Positions 41,807-51,909 of a stretch of 64,000 nt of DNA are shown piece by piece. Both the position numbers and the translations under genes were made by a program. The stretch is from an uncultured Gemmatimonadales bacterium (GTDB lineage Bacteria; Gemmatimonadota; Gemmatimonadetes; Gemmatimonadales; GWC2-71-9): assembly GCA_963771275.1 (NCBI GenBank), contig CAVYSW010000003.1:1248001-1312000 (forward strand). The letters are read 5' to 3'. The notes under the pieces are model-generated. The model was not told the DNA's origin and did not search any database. It saw only the letters and a list, made by a program, of their open reading frames with translations. Positions within the stretch are counted from its first letter, which is position 1; every line of letters starts with the position of its first letter.

Positions 41807-42085
41807 TCAGTAGTGGTAGCGGGCTTGCAAGAAGTCGATGCGGTCGTGGCGCACGAGGTAGACCACGCGGTGCTCCTGCGTCAGCCTGCGCGACCACACG
41901 TCGGGGCCGAGGTACTTGAGGCGTTCCGGCTTGCCAGGGCCGGCGAACGGGTCGCGCAGCACCGCCTCGACGAGATCGAGGCAGCGGAGCGCGGTCTTGC
42001 GGTCGGTATCCACCCAGTAGCGAAGGTCCTCGAGAAACTCCTTCTGGAAGACCGCAGCGCGGGAGCTACTCGGCGGCGGGCTCAA
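41807..42085 (-). CDS. yoeB: Txe/YoeB family toxin
   Basis: EDLRYW, PF.GPGKPERLK, WSRRLTQEHRVVY, QARYHY. Confidence 0.95.
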   Translation of the reverse strand: MSPPPSSSRAAVFQKEFLEDLRYWVDTDRKTALRCLDLVEAVLRDPFAGPGKPERLKYLGPDVWSRRLTQEHRVVYLVRHDRIDFLQARYHY

Positions 42086-42356
42086 GGCCCAGCTCGCGCT
42101 TCAGGTCCGTAACGGAGCGCGCGTCCCCTTCGTCCGCCAGAGCGCGGTTCAAGGCGCGGAGCAGCCGCTGCGCGTTGGCGGGGGAGCGGAGCAGGTGGGC
42201 GGTCTCGAGCAGCCCGCCCAACTCGTCCGCCGCGACGAGCGCCACGTCGTCGTGGCCGCGGCGGCTGATGATGACGGCCTCGCGGTCTTCCTCCACCCGA
42301 CGCCAGAGCTCCGCCAGATGCTGGCGGGCGGCCGTGTACGTGGTGCGGGTAGGCAT
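42066..42356 (-). CDS. yefM: Phd/YefM family antitoxin
   Basis: TYTAARQHLA....VEEDRE.VII.R, ETAHLLRSPANA.RL. Confidence 0.93.
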   Translation of the reverse strand: MPTRTTYTAARQHLAELWRRVEEDREAVIISRRGHDDVALVAADELGGLLETAHLLRSPANAQRLLRALNRALADEGDARSVTDLKRELGLEPAAE

Positions 42357-42375
42357 GATCGGCGCTCTGTGAAGA

Positions 42376-42415
42376 TGTACAGGGTTACCGTACAGATAGC
42401 GAGGTGCCCTGTCAA
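42376..42415 (-). promoter_or_regulatory. yefM-yoeB promoter/operator
   Basis: TTGACA-17-TACGGT; TGTACA (42376) and CGTACA (42389) boxes resemble the TGTACA core of the E. coli yefM-yoeB operator. Confidence 0.7.
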
Positions 42416-42542
42416 GCCAGCAGGACGAGGAGCCGAGGCCCGGGCGACGGCAGGGGTGTAACCTCTTCTGCTCCAGCAGGCGTAGGAATGATGAGGCGAG
42501 GATGGCATTGGTGGGCCATGTTCCCGGTCCGGGAGGTGGCCG

Positions 42543-43064
42543 ATGTCGCGACGCGTCAATGTCGTACCACAGGACCGCATCGAGCGGGTCATTCGGGTAG
42601 TCCGGGGCGAACGGGTCATGCTCGATCGTGACCTCGCGTTGCTCTACGGAGTCGAGACGCGGATCCTGGTTCAGGCAATGAAGCGCAACGCCGGCCGTTT
42701 CCCCGGCGACTTCATGTTTCAGCTGACCGACGCCGAGTTCTCCGACTTGACATCACAATCTGTGATCTCAAGTCACTGGGGCGGTCGCCGGCACCGGCCA
42801 TACGCGTTCACCGAGCAGGGAGTCGCAATGCTCTCGAGTGTGCTCAAGAGCCCTCGGGCCGTTTCGGTGAACGTCGAGATCATGCGCGCGTTTGTCCGCC
42901 TGCGGCGCCTCCTGGCGTCCCACGCGGACCTTGCGCAACGGCTCGATGCCCTGGAGCGCCGCTACGACGGCCAGTTCAAGGTCGTGTTCGACGCCATCCG
43001 AGCGTTGATGCAGCCCGCCGAGCCGGAACGCCGCCGAATTGGGTTCCGGGCGGAGCGGGGCTGA
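42543..43064 (+). CDS. ORF6N domain DNA-binding protein
   Basis: [61 protein letters not shown]. Confidence 0.92.
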   Translation: MSRRVNVVPQDRIERVIRVVRGERVMLDRDLALLYGVETRILVQAMKRNAGRFPGDFMFQLTDAEFSDLTSQSVISSHWGGRRHRPYAFTEQGVAMLSSVLKSPRAVSVNVEIMRAFVRLRRLLASHADLAQRLDALERRYDGQFKVVFDAIRALMQPAEPERRRIGFRAERG

Positions 43065-43189
43065 TGCTCACCATCAGGCGGCCGGCCCTTGGCGCGGCCT
43101 TCCGCGCGCGACCGCGCGGAGCCGCCACGGGTAACCGCGCCGAGCGTTGAACGGGCGCAGCCAGTGTCGGCCGATCTCCTTCTGCCGTG

Positions 43190-43225
43190 TTGCATCGACG
43201 CACATACTGGAGTATGCTTTCATGC
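43190..43225 (+). promoter_or_regulatory. vapBC promoter with overlapping palindrome, probably leaderless
   Basis: TTGCAT-17-TATGCT ending 7 nt before ATG; CATAC/GTATG inverted repeat over the -10. Confidence 0.65.
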
Positions 43226-43462
43226 ATGCGTACCACCGTTGACCTCAATGACCGGCTGTTCCGGGCGGCGAAGCGCCGCGCCGCGGAGGAGGGCGTCACG
43301 CTTAGGCGCGTCATCGAGGATGCGCTGAGGGGCTACCTCGCCGGACCGAAGGCGGCCAGCGGCTATCGGCTGAGTTGGCGGGCCGAGCGCGGTCGCGTAT
43401 TGCCGGGGGTGCGGCTGGATGATCGGGACGCGCTGTTCGACCTGATGGACGGCCGGCGGTGA
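43226..43462 (+). CDS. vapB: VapB-type antitoxin (RHH)
   Basis: MRTTVDLND.L...AK..AA..G.TL..VIEDALR; overlaps the PIN gene. Confidence 0.85.
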   Translation: MRTTVDLNDRLFRAAKRRAAEEGVTLRRVIEDALRGYLAGPKAASGYRLSWRAERGRVLPGVRLDDRDALFDLMDGRR

Positions 43463-43902
43463 TCGCGCTCGACACCAACATCCTGGTGTACGCGCGGCGC
43501 GAGGAGCTGCCGCAGCACCCGCGGGCCCGCGCCCTGCTCACGCGGCTTGCCGAGGGCAGCGCGCCGTGGGCGCTGCCGTGGCCGTGCGTCTACGAGTACC
43601 TGCGCGTGGTGACGCACCCGCGCGTGTTCGACCCGCCGACCGACCTCGATGCCGCGCTCGCGGACCTCGAGTCCCTGCTCGCGTCGCCGTCGCTGGTGTT
43701 GCTAGGCGAAGGGCCGGGCCACCCCACCCACCTGCGGCGCCTGGTGGCGGCCGGCAAGGCCGCGGGGAACCTGGTGCATGATGCCCACATCGCGGCGCTC
43801 GTCGTGGAGCACGGGGCGCACGAGCTGTGGACGACCGATCGCGATTTCGCGCGGTTCCCCGGGCTCACCGTGCGGGACCCGTTCGCGGACGAGACCGCAT
43901 GA
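43459..43902 (+). CDS. vapC: VapC PIN-domain ribonuclease toxin
   Basis: LDTNILVYA, EYLRVVTHP, GNLVHDAHIAAL, TTDRDFARF. Confidence 0.93.
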   Translation: MIALDTNILVYARREELPQHPRARALLTRLAEGSAPWALPWPCVYEYLRVVTHPRVFDPPTDLDAALADLESLLASPSLVLLGEGPGHPTHLRRLVAAGKAAGNLVHDAHIAALVVEHGAHELWTTDRDFARFPGLTVRDPFADETA

Positions 43903-43970
43903 TCTCGAGGCTGGATCGTGCAGACCCGGGTGCGGGTGAGGAGTTCTGCCGGGCTTCAGGCAGACGCCAA

Positions 43971-44021
43971 AGCAGGCCGGGCTCCCACCACCGATCGGTG
44001 ATGGGAGCCCGTGTGCCTGCT
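43971..44021. terminator. Long hairpin between convergent genes
   Basis: CGGGCTCCCA/TGGGAGCCCG stem with inner CACCG/CGGTG and outer AGCAGGC/GCCTGCT. Confidence 0.65.
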
Positions 44022-44035
44022 CGAGCGCCGCTGCG

Positions 44036-45964
44036 CTACGGGTTGGTGTACGTCACGACCGCCTTGTAGTCGAAGGCCGTCGGCCCGGAGTAGTTCTTGA
44101 TGACGAACGTGATCGTGTTGGTTCCGGCATGGAACAGCTCGGCGATCGCGGTCGAGTAGTGTTCCGGATCGCCCTGGAAGTTGGAACCGATCTCGGCATC
44201 CGTTTGCATGCCGATCGGTGTCCCGTTGAGGAAGATGGTCGCCACGTTGTCGGCGTGGATGAGGATGCTGAGGTTCGGGCTGCTGAACCCTGCGGGTAGC
44301 TCAAAGGTCGTCTGATACGTACGGTTTCCCGATGGCGCGTCCGCCGTGGCATCGGTGTTGTAGCTGATGTAGTGGGTGCCGGCGATGACGTCGTAGGCCG
44401 GGTTCGGCGCGACGATGTGGGCATCCCCCCACGACTCTTCCCCGCTCAGGAACTGGTTGTTGGCATCCGTCCCGCCGATTTCCCCGGCGCCGCTGATCAG
44501 GGTGAGCTCGGTGGTCTCCGGCGTGGCGGTGGCCGAGAAGGTGAGCGTGCCGCGAGACAGGAGGCCGCTTTCGGTCGGCGCCACACCCAGCCCCACACCG
44601 CCGGCCTCGAGGAGGTTCGTGACCGGGGTCGGCCCCATGGTCCAGGACGTGACGCGCGCAATGCCGTCCGCGTCGGTGGTGACCTTGAGCGGCGTCGCGG
44701 GCACCACGCTGCCGTCGCCCGCGGTCACCGTGAAGCCGACCGTCGCGCCGTGCACCGGGTCGCCGTTCTCGTCGGTCACCCTCACCGCCGGCGCGATGGG
44801 TACCGCCGTACCCACCCGCTTCGTCTGTCCGTCACCCTCGTAGATCGCGAACTTCGCGGGGAGCTGGAACTGGAACCGGCTGAACGAGAGGGCGAGGCCG
44901 CCCAGGCCCTTGTGGGTGGCCCACAACTGGGTCGGCATGACCGCGCCCTTGATGGCTTTCCAGCCGGCCCACGCGAGGTGCAGCAACGGATTCGCCGGAC
45001 CGCTCCCCACGACAGTCGGGCAGTGGTCGGAGACGTTCTCCAGCGCCTCGACGTGACCCGCATCGTCGACCCGATGGATCTGGAGCAGATCCTTCTGCTC
45101 ATGCGACAGGTCCACGGCGCTCAGATCGAAGCAGAGTGAGACCGTGGCGGACGTGGTGAGCGGCCCGCTCAGCACCGGATCCGTCACGATGTGGAAGCAC
45201 GGACCAACCTTGAGCAGGTCGGTCGGCACGTCGCCTTCACCCTCGGCGCACGGCTCGACCGTCACCGTCACCTGCTGCACGCCGCCCGGGAACGTGCCGC
45301 CCTCTTGCGGCGGCACCGTGACACCGCTTCCCGCGTTGGGACCCTCCGTGAGCGCGACGTTGCTCGTCTCCGTGGCCGTGATGGTCTGCGAGGTGCACTG
45401 CGTCGCGTCCGGACACAACGCGTTGTTCTCGATCCGGAACCTGATCGGCAGCGTGCGACCGTTCACCAGCCCGATGTACTCGTTGGTCTGGACGTTCCTC
45501 AACCCCAAGATGGTCCTGACGGGATCCACGTCCGCGAAGCCGAGCAGCGTCGAGCCGACCAGGACCCGGATGCGGTACGTCTTGTTGACGTCGAGCTGCG
45601 AATCGTCGGTGTCCCAGTTGACGTGATACCAATCGAGGCGCACGTCGACGTCGACCGATCCAAAGTGCGCAACCGGCGGCCCCGCGACGCACGTCGCGGG
45701 GAGGGTTGCCGTCAACTCGCAGATGTCGACTACGGGAGCCAGGTTGGGGTTGAACGCACCCCTGTCGAAGTTGGGGTCGTCGAAGCGCGGCGTCGGGAGG
45801 ATTGGCGGCAGGAAGAAGAAGTCGGGATTGCCCCCGGAGCGACTGCCGTCGGAAATCTCGGCGGAGATGCCCGGAGCCTGGGGAGCTTGTGGTGCCAGGG
45901 ACTGCTGGTCCTGACAGCCGACGAGGACGGCAGCCGCAACGGCGAGCAGAGCGCCACGCTTCAT
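44036..45964 (-). CDS. Large surface lipoprotein with Ig-like (Big-1) and C-terminal galactose-binding-like domains
   Basis: LVGC lipobox; AVRVTDENGDPV.GATV.F.V..G.G....TTDADG.A..W..G; ADNVATIFLNG...GTNTITF. Confidence 0.75.
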   Translation of the reverse strand: MKRGALLAVAAAVLVGCQDQQSLAPQAPQAPGISAEISDGSRSGGNPDFFFLPPILPTPRFDDPNFDRGAFNPNLAPVVDICELTATLPATCVAGPPVAHFGSVDVDVRLDWYHVNWDTDDSQLDVNKTYRIRVLVGSTLLGFADVDPVRTILGLRNVQTNEYIGLVNGRTLPIRFRIENNALCPDATQCTSQTITATETSNVALTEGPNAGSGVTVPPQEGGTFPGGVQQVTVTVEPCAEGEGDVPTDLLKVGPCFHIVTDPVLSGPLTTSATVSLCFDLSAVDLSHEQKDLLQIHRVDDAGHVEALENVSDHCPTVVGSGPANPLLHLAWAGWKAIKGAVMPTQLWATHKGLGGLALSFSRFQFQLPAKFAIYEGDGQTKRVGTAVPIAPAVRVTDENGDPVHGATVGFTVTAGDGSVVPATPLKVTTDADGIARVTSWTMGPTPVTNLLEAGGVGLGVAPTESGLLSRGTLTFSATATPETTELTLISGAGEIGGTDANNQFLSGEESWGDAHIVAPNPAYDVIAGTHYISYNTDATADAPSGNRTYQTTFELPAGFSSPNLSILIHADNVATIFLNGTPIGMQTDAEIGSNFQGDPEHYSTAIAELFHAGTNTITFVIKNYSGPTAFDYKAVVTYTNP

Positions 45965-46169
45965 GGAAACCGCTCCTTCTTCTGGGAGAGCCGGGTGGGG
46001 GGACGGGACCGGTCGGGCATCAATTCCGAGCATTTTAGTCAAGATTCATGCCTCAAGCAACTCTCGACGGCATCGCGATCGCGCGTTGCCGCCGTTGGGG
46101 TTACGCTCGCCGTCTCACGGGAAGCCGCGGACGATCTGTCGAGTTGGGGCTACAACAGCCGCGGTCGCG

Positions 46170-48725
46170 CTAGTGCGTCGTCTCGAGCTCGCGAAACCGG
46201 GGGTTGCGCACGAGATCGCGCCACCACCAGTGGACGTCACCGCCGGCGGTGAACGGATGGTTCGCGGTCGTGTAGCGCTTCAGCAGATCGATGGCCGTAT
46301 CCTCATCGCCGAGCAGCGTGCGCATGAACGCTTCGAGCGACAGCAGCTCTTGAATCGGGTCCACCTCCGGCCCCGCGCGCGCCGCGACCAGAACGTGACG
46401 CGCGCTGTCGGCCAGCGCGCGGGCGCGCGCGGCATCGGCGCTGTCCTGGCGGGAGGCGCGCGCGATGATGCCGCCCACCACCATCAGCGCGCGGTGATGC
46501 GCGCCGGCCCGGAGCGGCTCGGGGGTGAGCGAGTCGATGCGCGCCAGCAGCGACCAGCCCCGAGCGACGTCCGGGGCGACCGCGGGCGTGGTCATCATCC
46601 AGAGCCGGCATTCGGTGAAGCGGAATTGGTCCGGGAACCGGCGTCCTCCCTCGTCACACCAGCGCTGCGCCTGGGTGAACTGGGCGAGATCGTACGATCC
46701 GAGGAACAGACGCCAGAGGACGGCGTTCGCCACGCGGAGGTAGGCGTCCTGGCGGTACGCCTTCTCGGCGGCGATGAGCGCGTCCGACACGGCGTCGGTC
46801 TGGTAGTACAGTGCGCTCAACGTGCTGTAGGCACCGGCGCGGTACGGGTCGAGCCGCACCGACTCCTCGAGGTCAGCCTTGGCGCTGTCGAGCAGCGCCG
46901 CCGCCTGCTTGGGATCGGGGACGATCTGGCGGGTCCACCAGAAGTACCGGACCGTCCCCAGCAGCTCGAGCGCCTCGGGGTCACGCGGGGCCAGCGCGAG
47001 CGCGTGCTCGGCGTGGCGCACCGCGTCCTGGATGTGCGCCACCATCTCGGGCTGCTCATCGGACAGCCGCGCCTGGCGGTAGGCGATCTCGCCCTGCAGC
47101 ACCGCCGGTTGGGCCCACTTCGCGTCGGTCTGCTCGGCGAGCGCCGCCACGGAGTCGGCCTGATCGAATGTGGCGAACGCGCCGTGGACGTCCTCGTCGT
47201 CGAGCCGCGCTTCGGCGTCCTTCCGCATGGTTTCGGCCCGGAGAAAGAGCACCCAGGCGTTGACGTTGTCGGTGCCGGCGCGCTCGTTACGCAACGTGAT
47301 CTCGGCGCCCAGGCGCTGGCGCAGAATCCCCGCGATCCGGCTGCTCGCCGAATCCTGCAGGGCCGTCAACTGCGCGGTGGGGAGCACGAACGTGGAGCTC
47401 TGGACCTCCGCCCCGCTCTCGCCGTCGATCAGGCGCGTGGTGACCCGTAGCCGATCGCCGCCCTCCGGCTCGACCCCCCCGATGAAGACGGTGCCGACCT
47501 GGAGGGCCCGGGCCACGCTGTCACGGCTCAGCTTCGTGTCGCGATAGGGCGCGACGCCGTTCTCGGAGATCACGCTGAGGTTGGGGACGCGCGAGAGCTG
47601 GTCGATCAACCCCTCGGTCAGTCCATCGGCCACGTAGCCGAGGTCGTGGCTGGCGCTCAGGTCCTGGAAGTAGAGCACGGCGACGTGGGTCGGATCGAGG
47701 CTGCCGGTGAGCGCCGGCGGGGGCGCGGACTTGCCGCCCAGCAGGCGCCACCCTGCCAGGCCGGCGGCGACCAGGGCGAGCGCCCCGAGTGCCGGCACCG
47801 CAACGCGCTTCCACCGTCCACCCGGGACGCGATATGCCTCCGCGGGCCGCCGCACGGCGGTCGACTTCCGGACCTTGGGGGTCGCGCCCGCCGCGACGGC
47901 GGCCAGGGCGTCCACGAAGTCCTGGGCCGTCCGAAACCGATCGGCCGGCACCTTGGCCAGCGCGCAGTAGATGATGTCCTCGAGCTCCGGCGGGACGGTG
48001 TCGCGCATGATGTGCGGTGCCGGAACGTGGTCCATCGAGTGCCGCGCGATGATCGCCTGCGGCGTGGGACCCGTGAACGGGATCTGGCCGACCAGCAGCT
48101 CATAGAGCACGCATCCCAGACTGTAGATGTCGCTCCGGGCGTCGATGTTGGGGTCGCCCATGCCCTGCTCGGGACTCATGTAGGCCGGCGTGCCGACCGA
48201 CATGCCGGTCTGGGTCATCTTGTCGCCGCCGGCCTCGTTCACCGCCCGCGCGATCCCGAAATCGGCGATGACCGCGTGGCCCGCGGAGAGCATGATGTTG
48301 TCCGGCTTGATGTCGCGGTGAATCAGCCCATAGCTGTGCGCGTAGGCGAGTCCCTCGCCAACCTCCCGCGTGACCTGAATGGCCTCGTCGATGGAGAGTT
48401 GCCGCTCCCGCACGACCCGGTCGGAGAGCGATTCCCCCTGAACATAGGGCATGACGTAGTACAGGAACCCGTCGGCCGCACCCGAGTCGTACAACGGCAG
48501 GATGTGCGGGTGGCTGAGCTTGGCAGTGATCTGGATCTCGCGGAGGAAGCGGTCGGCGCCCATGGACGCCGCAAGGTCGGGGTGCAGCACCTTGACGGCG
48601 ACATGGCGGTCGTGCTTGGGGTCCCGCGCGAGATAGACGGTGGCCATCCCGCCCTGTCCGAGCTCCCGCTCGAGATCATAGCGGCCGGCCAGCGCGGCTT
48701 TCAGGCGCTCGAAGTCGCTTGCCAC
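46170..48725 (-). CDS. Hanks-type Ser/Thr kinase with TM, TolB-N-like and TPR regions
   Basis: LGQGGMATVY, VAVK, IHRDIKPDN, DFG, GTPAYMSPEQ; TM; VAVLYFQD..ADGLTE. Confidence 0.95.
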   Translation of the reverse strand: MASDFERLKAALAGRYDLERELGQGGMATVYLARDPKHDRHVAVKVLHPDLAASMGADRFLREIQITAKLSHPHILPLYDSGAADGFLYYVMPYVQGESLSDRVVRERQLSIDEAIQVTREVGEGLAYAHSYGLIHRDIKPDNIMLSAGHAVIADFGIARAVNEAGGDKMTQTGMSVGTPAYMSPEQGMGDPNIDARSDIYSLGCVLYELLVGQIPFTGPTPQAIIARHSMDHVPAPHIMRDTVPPELEDIIYCALAKVPADRFRTAQDFVDALAAVAAGATPKVRKSTAVRRPAEAYRVPGGRWKRVAVPALGALALVAAGLAGWRLLGGKSAPPPALTGSLDPTHVAVLYFQDLSASHDLGYVADGLTEGLIDQLSRVPNLSVISENGVAPYRDTKLSRDSVARALQVGTVFIGGVEPEGGDRLRVTTRLIDGESGAEVQSSTFVLPTAQLTALQDSASSRIAGILRQRLGAEITLRNERAGTDNVNAWVLFLRAETMRKDAEARLDDEDVHGAFATFDQADSVAALAEQTDAKWAQPAVLQGEIAYRQARLSDEQPEMVAHIQDAVRHAEHALALAPRDPEALELLGTVRYFWWTRQIVPDPKQAAALLDSAKADLEESVRLDPYRAGAYSTLSALYYQTDAVSDALIAAEKAYRQDAYLRVANAVLWRLFLGSYDLAQFTQAQRWCDEGGRRFPDQFRFTECRLWMMTTPAVAPDVARGWSLLARIDSLTPEPLRAGAHHRALMVVGGIIARASRQDSADAARARALADSARHVLVAARAGPEVDPIQELLSLEAFMRTLLGDEDTAIDLLKRYTTANHPFTAGGDVHWWWRDLVRNPRFRELETTH

Positions 48726-49120
48726 GATCTAGCTACCGTCCCCGAGGAAGCGGTTGAGCACCGGGTGCCTGAGTGTCTGGCGGCCAATCCCGATCGGTGA
48801 AAGCGCGCGACGGAGGCTCCGCCCGAGCAGCTCGCTGTCGTCGCACACGGTTTCACCGCTACGGCAACCGGTAGATCCATTCAAGCTGACAGCGGTGCTC
48901 CCCTGGCGTGGGCCGGGTGGCCGACAATGAATGAGCCGGAAGACGCGTCGGGGGCTCACATTGGGATGCTGGGCTGGCAGACTGGGTGTCCCGTGGCGAG
49001 GCCCTGACTTGCCAACCCGTAACATGTCCCCCTTGGAGGGGGCTGTCTAGTGCCGCGGGGGACCCGGCTACGTTCGGCGTGGGGTCTGCCGGCGCTGATG
49101 AGCACGCACCGCCGCCCCCG

Positions 49121-51862
49121 TCAGTCACGGCCGGCCGGCACCATCCCCTGAAGCTGGCGCAGCAGCTCGCCCACGCGCTTCATCTGCTCGCCGTACGTCG
49201 CCCAGTCTCCCACCCTCTGGGCGGCCGTCGCCTGCTGGTAGCGGTCGACCGCTTCGCGGACCAGATCGGCGATCCGCGCGGCCGTGGTCGCCGTTCCCGC
49301 CCCGGCCGCCCCCGCCGCTCCTGCCGGCTCTGCCGCTCCTGCCGCCTCCGAGGGTGCCGGCGCCAGCGCTCCGCCGAACAGCCGGGCGATCCCCTGGGCG
49401 AGCGTCTCCTCCATGACGACCTGGTTCTGATAGGCGACGATCACGCGCTTGAGCTCGGGGATCTTCCCGCCCTCCGCCCGGAGATACAGCGCCTGCACGA
49501 ACAGCAGCGATTCCCCGATCGGGATCACGAGCAGACTGCCGCGAATGACCTGCGACCCGCGCTGATCCCACAGCGAGATCTGGCCCGAGATATCGGTGTT
49601 CTGGTTGATGCGGTTGGCGATCTGGGTCGGCCCGAACACCAGGCTCTGCCGCGGGAAGCGATAGACGACCAGCTGGCCGTAGTGCGGCCCGTCACTCCGT
49701 GCCACCATCCACGCCGCGAGGTTGTCCTTCTGGCGGGGCGTGAACGGGGTCATCGAGATGTACTCCTCCTGGGCTTCGCCCGGGAGCCGCATCACCATGT
49801 GCCGCAGAAACGGGTCCGCACCGCCCTGCGGCAGGCCCGGGATCTGCCACTGATCCTCCCGGGCGTAGAACAGGTCGGGCGCGTCCATGTGGTACGTCGT
49901 GTACAGCGCCGTCTGGATGCGGAACAGATCGGCCGGGTACCGCACGTGCGCCCGCACGTCCGCCGGCATGGAATCGAGCGGCTGGAAGATGCCGCCGAAG
50001 ATCTTGGCGTAGGTCTTGAGGATCGGGTCGTTCGGGTCGGCGGTGTAGGCGTGCACCGTGCCGTCGTACGCGTCGATCACGACCTTCACGCTGTTGCGCA
50101 GGTAGTTGGTGCCGTCGCCGGCGGGCTGGGCGTAGGGGTAGCGGCTGCTCGCGGTGTAGGCGTCGAGCAGCCACTCGAGGCGGCCGTCCTGTGTGATCAC
50201 GAGGTACGGATCGCCGTCCCACATCAGGAACGGCAGGGCCTTGCTCGCCCGCTCGAGGATGTTGCGGTGGTAGAGGGCGCGGCTGTCCCGCGTGATCAGG
50301 CCGGTGAGCAACACGTCGAGTGAGCCGAACCGGAGGCTCAGGACGAGCTTCCGGAACAGCGAGTTAACGGGCACGCCGTGGTCGCCCTGATAGATCGTGA
50401 ACGCGCTGGAATCGCCCAGCGGGTAGTCGAACTCCCGCTGCCGCGTGTTGACGAACACGTACTCACTCGACAGCTCGCCGTAGTACAGCGCGGGCCGCGT
50501 CACGCCGAGCGAGCCGGTGGACTGCGGCGGCAGGTCCTTGACGAACAGTACCGGCAACCCCTCGGGCGAGATCTGATTCACGGGGGCCAGGGTGAGCCCC
50601 ATCCCGTGGGTGTACGTGAGATGCTCGTTGATGAAGTTCCGGGTCGGGAGCGAGGCGACGTTGAGCTCGCGCGCCGACAACAGCACCTGGCGGTACTTCC
50701 CGTCGATCCAATAGCGATCGTCATCGACCGAGCGGAAATCGTAGTACGTGCGGATTTCCTGGAGCTGCTGGAACGTCTGCAGCAGCGGGTCGCGGTCCCA
50801 CAGGCGCACGTTCCCCACGGTGCCGCCGTTGGCCTCGATGTCGGCCTGGGTGAGCGTCGCTTCGCCGCCCAGATCGTGCGTCTGGACGGCGTCGAGACCC
50901 CAGGCGCGTCGCGTGGCGGCGATGTGGTGCGCGAGCTGGGGAGTCTCCCTGATCAACTCGTTCGGGCGGACGACGAACTTCTGGACCGCGGCGGCCACCC
51001 CCGCCCCGACGACCGCCACGGCGGCGTAGAGTCCCACCGCCACGACCGCGTTCCGCACCAGGCGGCGGGTGAGCGCGCCGAGCAGCACCAGTCCCATCCC
51101 GAGGAACGCGATCACCCCGAGCACGCGGAGCAGCGGGACGCGCACGGCGAGATCGGTGTAGCTCGCGCCGAACAGCGGGCCCGCGGTCGAATAGAGGAGC
51201 GAGGGAATCCGCACCAGGAACACGGTCGCCCCGGTCGCCCCGAACAGCAGCGCGAGCAGCCCCGCCACGTGGGCTTGCGCCGACGGCTCGATCGCGACGC
51301 GCCGGCGCTGGAACACGATGTCGCGCCGGAGCATGTAGAGCGGGACGATCATGATCAGCGAGAGCAGCGCGAGCCCCACCACGAGCTGCAGCGCCACCGA
51401 CACGGCCGGCAGCGTGAAGACGTAGTAGCCGACGTCCTTGCCGAACACCGCGTCCACCTCGCCGAACGGCGTGCGGTTCAAGAACCGGAGCAGCACGAGC
51501 CATGCGCCCGCTCCGGTGAACGCCATGAGCACGGCGACGAACAGCGCGATGGGCAACGCGAAGCGGCGGAGCAGCCGCGCCAGCTCGAGCGGCGCGTTGG
51601 GGCTCAGGTTGCTGATCCGCAGGTCGGGGACGACGATCCCGCGTTGGGCGAACCTCAGGTTGAGATAGAGGAACGCGAACGCGAGCAGCCCCACGCCCAG
51701 CCCGAGACCGAGCTTGGTGCCGAGCTCCGTCAGGAAGACCGTCTGAAAGTGCAGGTCCTGGAACCAGTACCAGTCGGCGGCCAGCCGGGCCAGAGCCTGC
51801 GAGCTGGCGAGCGCCACCAGGGCCGCCACCAGGACGAGCAGTACCAGCGTCCTGCGTTTCAC
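49121..51862 (-). CDS. UPF0182 family membrane protein
   Basis: NVRLWD, QLQEIRTYYDF..VDDDRY, HLTYTHG, DGDPY, NYLRNSVK and PELKRVIV motifs. Confidence 0.93.
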   Translation of the reverse strand: MKRRTLVLLVLVAALVALASSQALARLAADWYWFQDLHFQTVFLTELGTKLGLGLGVGLLAFAFLYLNLRFAQRGIVVPDLRISNLSPNAPLELARLLRRFALPIALFVAVLMAFTGAGAWLVLLRFLNRTPFGEVDAVFGKDVGYYVFTLPAVSVALQLVVGLALLSLIMIVPLYMLRRDIVFQRRRVAIEPSAQAHVAGLLALLFGATGATVFLVRIPSLLYSTAGPLFGASYTDLAVRVPLLRVLGVIAFLGMGLVLLGALTRRLVRNAVVAVGLYAAVAVVGAGVAAAVQKFVVRPNELIRETPQLAHHIAATRRAWGLDAVQTHDLGGEATLTQADIEANGGTVGNVRLWDRDPLLQTFQQLQEIRTYYDFRSVDDDRYWIDGKYRQVLLSARELNVASLPTRNFINEHLTYTHGMGLTLAPVNQISPEGLPVLFVKDLPPQSTGSLGVTRPALYYGELSSEYVFVNTRQREFDYPLGDSSAFTIYQGDHGVPVNSLFRKLVLSLRFGSLDVLLTGLITRDSRALYHRNILERASKALPFLMWDGDPYLVITQDGRLEWLLDAYTASSRYPYAQPAGDGTNYLRNSVKVVIDAYDGTVHAYTADPNDPILKTYAKIFGGIFQPLDSMPADVRAHVRYPADLFRIQTALYTTYHMDAPDLFYAREDQWQIPGLPQGGADPFLRHMVMRLPGEAQEEYISMTPFTPRQKDNLAAWMVARSDGPHYGQLVVYRFPRQSLVFGPTQIANRINQNTDISGQISLWDQRGSQVIRGSLLVIPIGESLLFVQALYLRAEGGKIPELKRVIVAYQNQVVMEETLAQGIARLFGGALAPAPSEAAGAAEPAGAAGAAGAGTATTAARIADLVREAVDRYQQATAAQRVGDWATYGEQMKRVGELLRQLQGMVPAGRD

Positions 51863-51909
51863 GACTCACTCCCGTTCCGAGGGTCCCTGCAGTATACCCA
51901 CGCGACCGG

